Positions 10,801 through 20,277 of a stretch of DNA of 64,000 nt are shown here, piece by piece. Made by a program: the position numbers and the translations under genes. The notes under the pieces are model-generated. The model did not search any database. It was not told the DNA's origin and saw only the letters and a program-made list of their open reading frames with translations. The first letter of the stretch is position 1; each line of letters opens with the position of its first letter. This DNA comes from Gemmatimonas sp. (GTDB lineage Bacteria > Gemmatimonadota > Gemmatimonadetes > Gemmatimonadales > Gemmatimonadaceae). The stretch is from positions 4,672,001 to 4,736,000 of the forward strand of contig OZ257156.1 in assembly GCA_965279375.1 (NCBI GenBank). The letters run 5' to 3'.

Positions 10801-11210
10801 TCGTGCTGGTGAATGGTCACCGCCTGCCGCTACGGCCATCTGGCGTTGCATCGGAGCTCGTCGGCGGTGTGCGATTCCGCGCGTGGGCACCGCCGCACAG
10901 CCTCCATGCGCATCTTGGCATTCATCACCCGATCGCGCTCGACATCGTCGACACGTGGGGGCGTCGCTCGCTCGGCGCGTGCGCCTATCACGTCTGGCAT
11001 CCGGAAGGGCGCAGTTTCGATTCGCCGCCGCTCACCCGATTCGAAGCATCCGCGCGTCGCGCACAACGCTTCACGCGAGAATCGCCGTTGCGGGCGCCGG
11101 TGCAGCCTCGCGAAGCCGCCGCGCACGGCGACGCTCCCTACACGCTCGACCTGCGCCGCTACCCTATCGATCGTCCGCCACCACGCGGTGAGGAGACTGC
11201 CGACTCGTGA
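7857..11210 (+). CDS. Transglutaminase-like protein fused to a DUF2126-type putative amidoligase domain
   Basis: N-terminal WQQDPYGN; triad motifs GSCRDSA, DLHAWAEV, LDATSG; C-terminal MGGEPTF, YPGESLPRW, ITPDPGVLEV, GGGNHITFGG, GNTHRAELSIDKL, EMRAFEMPPHPRM. Confidence 0.9.
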   Translation: MRLLVQHQSTWAYPTPAALGPHLIRLAPASHTKARIETFGLNVGPTAGDIRWQQDPYGNKVARLTYPAGTRVPALQVGIEFTCEVKPVNPFDFFVDDRCKEAPFAYPAELQPDLAPFLDLRDASLTGGPKLDAFLDALPRDGDTVQLVVALNEAVNRVTRYVIREEAGIWTPEETLTNGRGSCRDSAVLLIAALRSRGLAARFVSGYLIQLTDEGMIPGAPKGVSRDVVDLHAWAEVFIPGGGWIGLDATSGLLCGEGHIPLACTATPPLAAPVEGTSDTQAEGVSFTMRIERLGHEPQPTRPYEESVWEALLAAGDRADEALRAAGLTMTMGGEPTFNGRDNPSYPEWNGDALGPDKTKVGRRFAAGLVERLAPGGIIMERVGKQYPGESLPRWALDIIGRRDRRPIWRGPTLVDPTGATTADATRFAATLAGRLGLGRFVIAAYEDPWRALQDEANLPIDVDPRTAKLTDSEERRRLARLLDRGINTEVGYVLPLTRFEGAWVSDRWTFRRGNCFLLPGDGPMGLRLPLQSLTAAWVAAPTEASLDAPDPRREAALKAEDERQARLRAALQRVIQTQREGSRQTQSSVGIIGGTVVQGATVRTALCVEARDGALRVFFPPLETLDDFLALLSAVDRTSQDLGLPVALEGYPPPSSNELQKFCITPDPGVLEVALTPVTSVREHAALVDTVFDVALHAGLHSEKYLLDGRMAGSGGGNHITFGGPEPLQSPFLSRPDLLASLLTFLQHHPSLSYMFSGLFVGPTSEAPRVDEARHDALYELEIALDRAHDRSQPTPTWLTDLLFRHLLVDVAGNTHRAELSIDKLFDPNTPYGRQGIIEMRAFEMPPHPRMITAQALLLRSLLASFAHEPYQAPLVRWGQTLHDKFLLPTFLWRDFEDVLGFLDARGFPLPVDGYKPFVDLRCPLVGTLDAGDIVLEVRNAIEPWPVLGEEATPTGTSRYVDSSMERIEVRLRGAVAERHVVLVNGHRLPLRPSGVASELVGGVRFRAWAPPHSLHAHLGIHHPIALDIVDTWGRRSLGACAYHVWHPEGRSFDSPPLTRFEASARRAQRFTRESPLRAPVQPREAAAHGDAPYTLDLRRYPIDRPPPRGEETADS

Positions 11211-12679
11211 CAAACAGCCTGCCCTCCAGTCTCTTCGAACGCTATCAGTCACCGCCGGGCACGTATGACGAACTCTTCGACGCCACCGGTGCCGCGCGCG
11301 ACGCGTTTCACCGTGTGCTGGCCGCCCTCGGCGCGTCATCGCCCGAAGACTTCGCCAAAAGTCAGGCGCTCGCCGAAGTGGCAATGCTCAAGCAAGGCGT
11401 CACCTTTTCGGTGTACGCTGACAATCGTGGCACCGAAAAGGTCTTTCCGTTCGATCTGGTACCACGCATCGTCGCCGCGCCCGACTGGCAGCCGCTCGAG
11501 CGTGGGCTCGCGCAACGCGTGCAAGCGCTCGGACATTTTCTGGACGATGTCTACGGCGAGCAGCGCATCCTCCGCGACGGCATCATCCCGCGCGAGCTGG
11601 TGCTGGGCGCACAGCAGTACCTGCCCGTCATTCACGGCGTGAGGCCGGCCGGCGGCGTGCGTGTCCACATCGCGGGCATCGATCTCATTCGCGATGCGGA
11701 CGGCTGCTTCCGCGTGCTCGAGGACAACGTGCGCACCCCCTCCGGCGTGTCGTACGTGCTGGAGAATCGCCTCGTCACCAAGCGCATCTTCCCGCGCCTG
11801 TTCGAGCAGGCGTCAGTGCATCGCGTCGATCACTACCCTACGCGACTCGGCGAAACGCTGCGCAGCGTCTCCCCGCGCGACCCGGATGAATCCACCGTGG
11901 TGGTGCTCACCCCCGGGTCATACAACTCGGCGTACTTCGAGCACAGCTTTCTCGCGCGGCAGATGGGCATCGAGCTGGTGGAGGCGCCGGACCTGTTCGT
12001 CGAGCACGACAAGGTGTTCATGCGAACCACGCGCGGACCGAGGCGCGTGGACGTGATCTATCGCCGCACCGACGAACTCTTTCTCGACCCCGAAGTCTTC
12101 CGCCCCGACTCCGTGCTGGGTGTGCGCGGCCTCATGCGCGCGTGGGCCGCCGGCAACGTGACGTTAGCCAACGCGCCGGGCAATGGCGTCGCCGACGACA
12201 AGGCGATCTATCCGTTTGTACCGGACATGATTCGCTACTACCTCTCGGAAGCGCCCATCCTCGAACAGGTGCCCACGTACGTGTGCCTGCGCGACGAGGA
12301 CCGTCGCTACGTGGTGGACCATCTCAGCGAGCTGGTGGTGAAGGCCGTGGATGAATCGGGCGGCTACGGCATGCTCATGGGACCACAGGCGTCCAAGAAG
12401 GAGATCGACGAGTTCCGCACGCGGATCGAGGCCGACCCGCGCAAGTACATCGCGCAGCCGCGCATCGAACTCTCTACCTGCCCCACCTGGGACCCGAGCA
12501 AGCGCTGCATGGAAGCCCGTCGCGTGGATCTGCGTCCATATATCCTCTCCAATGCGCAGGGCCCGTGGGTGCTGCCCGGTGGCCTCACGCGCGTCGCACT
12601 CGTGCCCGGATCCTACGTCGTCAATTCGTCGCAAGGCGGCGGATCGAAAGACACGTGGGTGCAGAAGGGGGTCGCATGA
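11207..12679 (+). CDS. Circularly permuted type 2 ATP-grasp protein (DUF404/DUF407)
   Basis: FPFDLVPR, VLEDNVRTPSGVSY, NSAYFEHSFLA, NAPGNGVADDKAIY, GGLTRVAL, VVNSSQGGGSKDTWV; GTGA overlap with the upstream gene. Confidence 0.95.
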   Translation: MTNSLPSSLFERYQSPPGTYDELFDATGAARDAFHRVLAALGASSPEDFAKSQALAEVAMLKQGVTFSVYADNRGTEKVFPFDLVPRIVAAPDWQPLERGLAQRVQALGHFLDDVYGEQRILRDGIIPRELVLGAQQYLPVIHGVRPAGGVRVHIAGIDLIRDADGCFRVLEDNVRTPSGVSYVLENRLVTKRIFPRLFEQASVHRVDHYPTRLGETLRSVSPRDPDESTVVVLTPGSYNSAYFEHSFLARQMGIELVEAPDLFVEHDKVFMRTTRGPRRVDVIYRRTDELFLDPEVFRPDSVLGVRGLMRAWAAGNVTLANAPGNGVADDKAIYPFVPDMIRYYLSEAPILEQVPTYVCLRDEDRRYVVDHLSELVVKAVDESGGYGMLMGPQASKKEIDEFRTRIEADPRKYIAQPRIELSTCPTWDPSKRCMEARRVDLRPYILSNAQGPWVLPGGLTRVALVPGSYVVNSSQGGGSKDTWVQKGVA

Positions 12680-13662
12680 TCTCACGCGTTGCCGACTGCT
12701 GCTTCTGGTTAGGGCGCTATGTCGAGCGCATCGAGGCGACGGCCCGCCTGCTCTCCGTTACGCGCACCTTGGCGATGGACGCCGAGCTGGAGCCGCGGCA
12801 GTGCTGGCTGCCGGTCGTCATCGTGATCGGTGAAGAGCCGCAGTTCATCGACCGCACGACGGAGTCGCCCATCGCGCAGACCTCGGGCGAACAGGTCGAA
12901 CGGTACATGACGTGGGATGAGCAGAACCTCTCCTCCATCAAGGCCTCCATCGCCGCCGCGCGAGAGAACGCACGACAGATCCGCGAGGTGATCAGCCTCG
13001 AAGTGTGGGAGGCGATCAACGAGTTGTATCTCTGGATGGGTGGCGCCGATGCACGCGCTGAGTATGCGAGCGATCGGTACATGTTCTATCGGTTCATCCG
13101 GCAGCGCTGTCAGTTGGTTGCAGGGCTGCTGCGCTCCACCATGCTGCACGAGCTCCCGCTCAACTTCATCTGGCTGGGCATGCTGCTCGAGCGTGCGGGG
13201 CAGACGGCACGCGTGGTTGACGTGCAGCACCACGCGCTGGTGATGCGCGAGCGTGAAAATCAGGTGATCGAGACCGCGCTCTGGCTCTCGCTGCTGCGAG
13301 CCTGCTCGGCGTTCGAGCCGTTCACCAAGCGCAACCGCGGGCGCATCACCGGCGACGCCGTGGCGCACTTCCTGATCTTCGAGCCGCTCTTCCCCAAGTC
13401 CATCGCCTACAGTGTGCATGAGGCATGGCGGCGGTTCATGGTCATTCGCCCGCCGGAAGAGCCGGATCTACCCGGCGCTCGGAGCGCGGAGCGGCTGCGC
13501 GCGCTGGATCGATGGATCGCCGACAGGGCCGCGGTCGGGGCCGCTGGTGACGTTCACGGCATGCTCACACATGTTGTGGATGAAATTGCCGATATTTGTA
13601 CGGACATCGGTGCCGAACTTTTTGGCCACGCGTCCGCCCCCGCCCTGGAGTCTGCGCAGTAA
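12676..13662 (+). CDS. Alpha-E domain protein (DUF403)
   Basis: MISRVADCCFWLGRYVERIE, ARENARQIREVIS.EVWE, LGMLLERA, FPKSI; ATGA overlap. Confidence 0.93.
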   Translation: MISRVADCCFWLGRYVERIEATARLLSVTRTLAMDAELEPRQCWLPVVIVIGEEPQFIDRTTESPIAQTSGEQVERYMTWDEQNLSSIKASIAAARENARQIREVISLEVWEAINELYLWMGGADARAEYASDRYMFYRFIRQRCQLVAGLLRSTMLHELPLNFIWLGMLLERAGQTARVVDVQHHALVMRERENQVIETALWLSLLRACSAFEPFTKRNRGRITGDAVAHFLIFEPLFPKSIAYSVHEAWRRFMVIRPPEEPDLPGARSAERLRALDRWIADRAAVGAAGDVHGMLTHVVDEIADICTDIGAELFGHASAPALESAQ

Positions 13663-15491
13663 TGCCCAAGTACCTCGCGATGTCGTTCGAAGGCGACTTC
13701 GCACCCTCGTTCGACCTGCATTGCCTGCGCCCCGGACGTCGCCCCCCTGATGGCTGGGGGCTGGGCTACTACCCGGGCGGTGGACAGGCGGCGGCTGTTC
13801 TCAAGGAACCGTCTCCACCGTTCGGCAGCATTCGCAGTGAGCTGGTGAAGGCGTGGGAGCATCTGGAGTCGTCGCTGTTCGTGCTGCACATCCGCGTGGC
13901 CACGTGGGGCCCAGTCAGCGACGCCAACACACAGCCGTTCGCGCGTAGCTGGGGCGGGCGCGATTGGTTGATGGCGCATGCCGGCAGCCTGACACAGCGG
14001 TTGCCACAGCGTGCAGGGGCGCGCTTTGAAGCGGTCGGCTCCACCGACACGGAACAGCTCTTCTGCGAACTGCTCGACCGCGTTGCAGACATGGGCTGGC
14101 GCTCGCTCGGCGATGCCGACCCCGAGTTGTTGCGTCGCTGGTTCGCGGAAGTGAACGACAAGGGTGTGCTCACCAGTTGCCTCACCGATGGTCGTGATCT
14201 GGCGGTCTACGCCGACGAGCATGGCGACGGCGACGTGTACGTGTGCGAGATCGTGCCGCCGTTCAACGAGATGTCGTTTGGCGATGAGGATCTCACCGTC
14301 GATCTCGGTCAGCGCGGCGTGAAGAGCCGGAAGGGCGTTGTGGTGTCGAGCGATCCGTTGCAGGTGACTGGCATCAAGGACGCCAAGTGGCGCCGGTTGC
14401 CGCCCGGCCATCTGCTGATCATTCGGCAGGGGGCGATTCGCGTGGAAGTCGCACCCCCCGCGAGTGAGACCGCCGACTCCGCGAGCCCGCTGATCACCGC
14501 AGACGTCATGGGACCCAACGGCGCAGAAGCCGCGGTCATCCGCCGCGCGACGACCGTGCATCCCGTCGCCGCGCCGGTGCGCCAGCTCGAGATCGTGCAT
14601 CACACCGTGTATCGCTACAAACGTCCCGTCGAACGCAGCACGCACAACTTGCGTCTCGTGCCGATGCAGGATCATCTGCAGCGCTTGCTGTCGCACACGC
14701 TGACGGTCACGGTCGACGGACAGCCTCTTTCCACGCCGCAAAGCGCAGAGTACGAAGACGTCTTCGGCAATCGCGCGCAACGCCTGCTCATCGAGCGTCC
14801 GTATCACGAGCTCTCGATCGAGTCACGCGCCACCGTCGAGCTGTACGACACCGATCCGCTCTCGTTCCGTCCGTTGCGCGTGCGCTCCTCCATCCCGCTG
14901 GTGTGGATGCCGTGGCAGCGACAGATCCTGCAGCCGTTTCTGTTGCCTCCGGAGCTGCCGGAGAGTGAGCTCAACGAGCTGCTCGACTACGCGATGAGTT
15001 TCGTGAAGCGCAACGATTCCGATCTGCTGGAAACGTTGCTCGACATCAACAACTCGATCTTCCGCGAGTACGCGTATCGGCAAGGCACCACGACGGTCTC
15101 TACGACGCCGTTCGAGGTGTACGTCAACCGCTTTGGCGTCTGCCAGGATTTCACCAACCTCTTCATCTGCCTCGCGCGCCTGCTCGGCGTTCCGGCGCGC
15201 TACGTGTGCGGCTACGTGTACACGGGCCCCAGGCACGTCAACCAACGCCAGTCGGAAGCGTCGCACGCGTGGGTGCAGGTGTACTTGCCCGAAGTGGGCT
15301 GGAAGGGATTCGATCCGACCAACGGCATCCTCACACAGACGGATCACGTGCGCACCGCCGTGGGTCGCAATTACGTGGACGCCACGCCAACGTCAGGAAC
15401 GATCTACGTGGGCGGTGGCTCGGAGTCGCTGTCGGTGGACGTGCGCGTGTCGCCGACGGAAGCGGTGGCAGAGACGGTTGCGGTGGGTTGA
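13662..15491 (+). CDS. Class II glutamine amidotransferase-like (Ntn) domain fused to transglutaminase
   Basis: TAATG-coupled start MPKYLAMSFEGD; DGWGLGYY, HIRVATWG..NTQPF, GSTDTE; C-terminal EDVFGN, GVCQDFT, ASHAWVQV, FDPTN. Confidence 0.88.
   Translation: MPKYLAMSFEGDFAPSFDLHCLRPGRRPPDGWGLGYYPGGGQAAAVLKEPSPPFGSIRSELVKAWEHLESSLFVLHIRVATWGPVSDANTQPFARSWGGRDWLMAHAGSLTQRLPQRAGARFEAVGSTDTEQLFCELLDRVADMGWRSLGDADPELLRRWFAEVNDKGVLTSCLTDGRDLAVYADEHGDGDVYVCEIVPPFNEMSFGDEDLTVDLGQRGVKSRKGVVVSSDPLQVTGIKDAKWRRLPPGHLLIIRQGAIRVEVAPPASETADSASPLITADVMGPNGAEAAVIRRATTVHPVAAPVRQLEIVHHTVYRYKRPVERSTHNLRLVPMQDHLQRLLSHTLTVTVDGQPLSTPQSAEYEDVFGNRAQRLLIERPYHELSIESRATVELYDTDPLSFRPLRVRSSIPLVWMPWQRQILQPFLLPPELPESELNELLDYAMSFVKRNDSDLLETLLDINNSIFREYAYRQGTTTVSTTPFEVYVNRFGVCQDFTNLFICLARLLGVPARYVCGYVYTGPRHVNQRQSEASHAWVQVYLPEVGWKGFDPTNGILTQTDHVRTAVGRNYVDATPTSGTIYVGGGSESLSVDVRVSPTEAVAETVAVG
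15360..15491 (+). repeat. Left copy of a 132-bp direct repeat (last 43 codons + stop of the Ntn-transglutaminase gene)
   Basis: Collinear without gaps with 21778-21909; includes 17-bp and 46-bp identical runs separated by one mismatch. Confidence 0.95.
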
Positions 15492-15495
15492 GTGG

Positions 15496-18400
15496 TCAGC
15501 TGTTGGGTGGGTCGGGTAGCGTTGTCAGCGCCGTGAGTGCCTGCAGGCGATCGCTATCGTCCGCAAGTTTGGCCAGCTGTAGTTGCGTAGCGGCGAACGC
15601 GGCATCGCGCTGGACGCGGTAGGCCGCGTATTGCTCCCCGCGACGCGTGAGGGTGAGGATGCCGAGTACGGCTCCTGCCCACGCGTCGCCTGCGTCGCGA
15701 CGCTCGCTCAGATGCGCCGAAACAGAAGGCGAGAGCAGCTCCTCCAAGTGGTCCGTCAAATATTCGGACGAGAAGCCCGCAGTGGACCACTCGTGGACGG
15801 CAACTCGCGCGAGCAACGGCGCGTACGCTTCGACGATGCCATCGCTGCGCGCCTTCGCGAGCAGGCCGCGACGCTGCTGGACGGCTGTTGGATTCGCACC
15901 GGCGTCGAGCAACTCGAGCAGGAGCGTATCGCTGCCCGGCTCCAACAGCTCCGGATGCGCCGCGAGATAGTCGCGTGAGTGCGACCAGCTATCCGCGTTC
16001 CACCACGCCACAGCCAGACGATCGAGCGCCGGATCGATGCGCAGCCACTCCGGCACGTCGCCTGCCGCATGTTGCCAGTGTGCATCGAAGACATCCGGAT
16101 ATCTCGCGCGTTCGCGACGTGCAATCATCCGCAGATATCTCGCGCGCCCGCGTACGAGCTCTGGCTCGCTCAGCGCCGCGTGTAGGCAGCGCACAGTTTC
16201 CCCGAACTGCTCAACAGGGCGCGAGCGCAGTATCTGCAGGTTTTCGACAAGCGACGGGTTGTCCGCCAGGGACAGCAGGACCGCGTTCCAGACCGCGTCG
16301 TCGGCGCCCGAGAGCGGCGCAGCCAGCAGTTCCGCCGCTCGCAACTCTCCCTGAGCGATCGCGCGGAGCCGATTGATGCCCTCTGCCATAACGGACGCGC
16401 CCTCATCTTCCGCACCGGTCTCGTTCAGAGCGCGACCCCGAACGATGTATGCCAACGCCAGCGCCACAGCGCTCGCCGAACGTCCAGGACTTTCCAGCAG
16501 CGCGAGCGCACGCGTCGATAGCGAAAGCGCACTCGCGAAGTCGTCAGCCTTGAGCTGCATCAGGCTCAGATTGAAAAGCGCCGTCCCAACCCACCCGTCG
16601 GATACGCCTCGCAGCGAATCCACGTCCAGCAGAGCGAGTGCTTCTTCCAACGACCGGCGGGCATCCTCAACGCGATCGAGCGCAAGCAACGCTGCGCCAG
16701 CGTTGAGCGCGCACACGCCGCGGGGCAACCCCGTCTGCCCGGACGCTTGGTACGGTGCCAGCACCGCGTGCGCTTCCGCCGCGAACGCCAGCGCCTCCAG
16801 CGGCCGCGCCTGCGTCACGCAGCCGCCGGTGAGATCAGCAAGCAACGACGCCAACTGCAGTGCGGACGCCAGCGTACTGATGTGCGCCTCGCGGAAGGCC
16901 TCAAGCGAACCTTCGCGTGCCTCTGCCGCCTCCTCGCTGCGGCCGAGCTGTTCCAGCATGGCGAACAGTCGACCCCACGACGCCACGGTTCCGCGACGAA
17001 CGAGACGATCGGGGGACGAGCTCATCAACGTGATCGCTTCTCGTTGGCGATCGACCAGTACTTCCGTAGCGCCGCCCGTCGCTATCGCAACCGACGTGTC
17101 GACCACGATGCCCAGAATCGCACGGAGCTGCGCGCTGCGCGCCGACGAACGCAGTCTCTCCTCGAGCGACGCGAGTTCGGCGAGTCCCGTCCTCGCGTCC
17201 GTGCTCAGCAATTGCACTGCACGTTCGAGCTGTACCAGCGCCAACGAGACCTGCGCGTCGGCGTTGCTCTCCGCGTGTGGACTGATCAGGCCAAGCGCTT
17301 CATTCAGCAACGCCAGCGGATCGGTCCCGATCGGAGACGCCCAGCCGAGTATCCCTTCGACGCGCATCGTAAAGGCGAGGAGCCGCAACCCTTCCGCCGT
17401 GGCGACGTCGAGAATCGTACCCGTCGCTTGGCGCGCACGGTGCAGTATCGCCACGCGCTCAGCGGCCAGTGGTCGTGGTCTCGTATCCGCAGGCCGCACG
17501 CCAGTAGCACCGCTCTCATAGAGCGCGCCGACAAGCTCGGCCACCTCGATCTTGGCGCGAATCACCAGAGCATCCACCAGCAGGGCGATGCGATGGTCGC
17601 TCGACTCCGTCTCCGCGTCGAGCAGCGTGATCGCGCGCCGGCTATAGCCGTCGGCGCTCGTCATGTCTCCTAGCGCTTGCGCGGACTGCGCCGCCAGGTA
17701 GAGCGCGCGAGGCAGCTCGAATGCGCGCACCTCCGGTTCGTCGACGAGCGACTCGAGCAGTTCGATTGCCTCTTGAGCAACCCGAACAGATGCGCGCGGA
17801 TTTCCGAGCCGCAGTTGTGAAAGCACCCGCGCGGTCAGCGTCCCCGCCAGCGTTCGTCGTCCAGACGATTGCTCGGTCGCGTTGCGCGCGATGTCGGAGG
17901 CCTCCGTAGCCGCGGCATCGGACTCTTCCGATTCCTCCGCGGCGCCCAACGCGGAGGACAACGCGTACAATGCCATCGCAAGCTCCATCGGCACGCCGAG
18001 CTGGCGCTGGATGTCGACGGCCTCTCGTTGCAATTCCACCGACTCCTTCGGCAATCCGCGAAGCAGTGCGGTGCTGCTGACGACCGCCAGTGCTTGGGCG
18101 AGGCTGGGGAGGAACGCGTCGCGATCGCGCTCCACCAGTCGGCGCAATAGGACGATCCCCTCCGGCCCCGCATCCGCGAGATGTCGCCAGGCGTGACGCC
18201 AGAGGTACGGGTGCGCCTTCGGCGGCTGCCCTTGATCGAGCAGGGACTCATACTGCTCCGCGATGGCCGTCGCGATCGCGCGTGCGGCCTCTGGCAACAG
18301 ACGTCGTCCGAGCGCCGCACCGGTCGTGGGCCGCAGATAGTCCACCAAGCGCTGGTGCGCGATGCGAAACACGCCCTGATCGCCTTCGGATCCGGCCACC

Positions 18401-20277
18401 ACGTGGCGAGCGAGCGCGTCGAGCAACGCGTACACATCGTCGCGCTGATACGTTGTGCCGCTGGGCGAGAGCGCGGTCGCCACCGCCGGCCAGACATCAT
18501 CAGGCGGGAAACCGCTTCCCAGCGCACAGGCAAGCGCGCGCATCAGTTCACGTGCCGCGCTGGGGTGTGCGCGACCGCCGATCATGAGCACGGTCTGTTC
18601 GAGGTCGCGTTCGAGCGCCGCCTCCACGCCGGTGGGCAATCGGTCGCGCCAATCCGCGCGACTGGTATCCACTGGTGTCTCGCGCAGCTGCGAGGTCACC
18701 AGCCGCGCGAACAGGAACGGTCCCGCGCCGAGCGGTGCGTCAGCGGCGGCGGCTTCGATGATCGCGTCGGCAACCAGCGTGGGATCCATTTCGCGTGAGA
18801 CGCTTTCCAGTCGACGCACCACGTATCGGCGCACATCCTGCATCGTCTCTGCGGCATCGTCCGCGAGATTGATCGTCTCCCCGGTGGTGCCAAGCAGCGC
18901 CAATAGTCCCGGTTGCCCCGCGCCACTGGAGACCTCGCGCGTACCCACCAATACCAGCGCCTCGCGCGAAAGGGGCTGCACCACTTCGAGTGCGAGATTG
19001 CGGCACTCCGTGTCGCCCGCTTCGTCGAGCCCGTCAAGCACGAGCATGAGCGGCCGTCCCTCACGCTTGCGGCGGGCGGCAAGTCCCAGAATGTCGTAGA
19101 TGCTCGAATCCGCGTCGAGCTCGAGTTGTTGCGCGAGATTCACGACGGCGGTGCGTGTATCCAGTCCACGACAGTGCAACTGCGCGCTCACTGTTCCTTC
19201 ACCTGGATCAAGCGTGTCGGGGATGTCGTCTTGCGTGAGCAGGCGCGCCCGCTCCCAGGAATCAGACAGACTCGCGATGCGCCCGAGAACAGCGGACTTC
19301 CCCGAGCCCGCGGGCCCGGTCACAACACATGTACCCGGCGCTCTGCGCGCGATCCACGACACGATGCGCGACAATACGCTGGTGCGCCCGGTGAAGAACG
19401 AGATGTCGGCTTCCTGCGGCTGGGCGACCGCGCGCTCGTCAGGATCACCCTCCGGCGCCAGGCCTCGCGTACGCACGCGCGAGGGGCCGCGAAGCACACC
19501 ACGTGACGTGCCGCGCGCCGCCTGGAGCAGATGCTCTACCACACGATGCTGCGCCTGCGGCCGATAGAGGGGATTGCGCAGCATCGGCCACGCATTGCCC
19601 GTCGAGGCCTGTTGCGGTGAATGCCGATCCTCCGACCACTCCTTCAACAACGCGTCGATGACATCGTCGCCGCGCACGCGCGCATCGTACACTCCCCAGC
19701 GCAATCGTAAGCGTTCGTCCTTGGGACCTTCGGTGAGCAGTCGCTTGAGTTCGCGCGGCAGCGCACCGCTCAGCGATTCCTCATCGGCGCGCGACGCCGA
19801 CACCACGCCGAACCACGCGGAGCCCGGATCCTTACGTCCGGCGATCACCGCGTCGGCCATGGCGAGGGCCGGCGCCACCCCGCCGCCGGAGAAACAGGTG
19901 TCCACGACCACGAGCACTTGCGACGCGCCGGTGCGCGCGGCCCATGCACCGAGTTGCGCAGCACTCGCCACTTCGTCGTCGCGCACGTCGTCGGCGCGAC
20001 TCATGAGCAGGACGTCGCCGTCCGGCCCCGGCGCTCCGTGTCCGATCCAGACCACCACCAGCACGCCGCCCTGCAGCGATTGCCTGCCGAGCGCCCCTGT
20101 GACCTTCCCCAGCAAATCACCCTGCGTCAGGTCGGCAAGCAGCACGCCGTCGAAACCATGCTCGGTCTTCAGGTGTGTGACCAACTCCGACGTATCAGGA
20201 ACTGCGCGCTGGAGCGGCGCGAGCTTCGCGTATGCCCCGTTTGCGATCGCGACAACCCGGTGCGCCTGCTCGCTCAC
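15496..20277 (-). CDS. Caspase-like peptidase + STAND-type P-loop NTPase + TPR-like helical repeats (~1593 aa)
   Basis: GTG 20277 overlaps the lipase stop (GTGA). Caspase motifs VVVWIGHG and VVVDTCFSG; Walker A GPAGSGKS; Walker B LMLVLDGLDEA; long Ala/Leu-rich helical repeat region. Confidence 0.85.
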   Translation of the reverse strand: MSEQAHRVVAIANGAYAKLAPLQRAVPDTSELVTHLKTEHGFDGVLLADLTQGDLLGKVTGALGRQSLQGGVLVVVWIGHGAPGPDGDVLLMSRADDVRDDEVASAAQLGAWAARTGASQVLVVVDTCFSGGGVAPALAMADAVIAGRKDPGSAWFGVVSASRADEESLSGALPRELKRLLTEGPKDERLRLRWGVYDARVRGDDVIDALLKEWSEDRHSPQQASTGNAWPMLRNPLYRPQAQHRVVEHLLQAARGTSRGVLRGPSRVRTRGLAPEGDPDERAVAQPQEADISFFTGRTSVLSRIVSWIARRAPGTCVVTGPAGSGKSAVLGRIASLSDSWERARLLTQDDIPDTLDPGEGTVSAQLHCRGLDTRTAVVNLAQQLELDADSSIYDILGLAARRKREGRPLMLVLDGLDEAGDTECRNLALEVVQPLSREALVLVGTREVSSGAGQPGLLALLGTTGETINLADDAAETMQDVRRYVVRRLESVSREMDPTLVADAIIEAAAADAPLGAGPFLFARLVTSQLRETPVDTSRADWRDRLPTGVEAALERDLEQTVLMIGGRAHPSAARELMRALACALGSGFPPDDVWPAVATALSPSGTTYQRDDVYALLDALARHVVAGSEGDQGVFRIAHQRLVDYLRPTTGAALGRRLLPEAARAIATAIAEQYESLLDQGQPPKAHPYLWRHAWRHLADAGPEGIVLLRRLVERDRDAFLPSLAQALAVVSSTALLRGLPKESVELQREAVDIQRQLGVPMELAMALYALSSALGAAEESEESDAAATEASDIARNATEQSSGRRTLAGTLTARVLSQLRLGNPRASVRVAQEAIELLESLVDEPEVRAFELPRALYLAAQSAQALGDMTSADGYSRRAITLLDAETESSDHRIALLVDALVIRAKIEVAELVGALYESGATGVRPADTRPRPLAAERVAILHRARQATGTILDVATAEGLRLLAFTMRVEGILGWASPIGTDPLALLNEALGLISPHAESNADAQVSLALVQLERAVQLLSTDARTGLAELASLEERLRSSARSAQLRAILGIVVDTSVAIATGGATEVLVDRQREAITLMSSSPDRLVRRGTVASWGRLFAMLEQLGRSEEAAEAREGSLEAFREAHISTLASALQLASLLADLTGGCVTQARPLEALAFAAEAHAVLAPYQASGQTGLPRGVCALNAGAALLALDRVEDARRSLEEALALLDVDSLRGVSDGWVGTALFNLSLMQLKADDFASALSLSTRALALLESPGRSASAVALALAYIVRGRALNETGAEDEGASVMAEGINRLRAIAQGELRAAELLAAPLSGADDAVWNAVLLSLADNPSLVENLQILRSRPVEQFGETVRCLHAALSEPELVRGRARYLRMIARRERARYPDVFDAHWQHAAGDVPEWLRIDPALDRLAVAWWNADSWSHSRDYLAAHPELLEPGSDTLLLELLDAGANPTAVQQRRGLLAKARSDGIVEAYAPLLARVAVHEWSTAGFSSEYLTDHLEELLSPSVSAHLSERRDAGDAWAGAVLGILTLTRRGEQYAAYRVQRDAAFAATQLQLAKLADDSDRLQALTALTTLPDPPNS

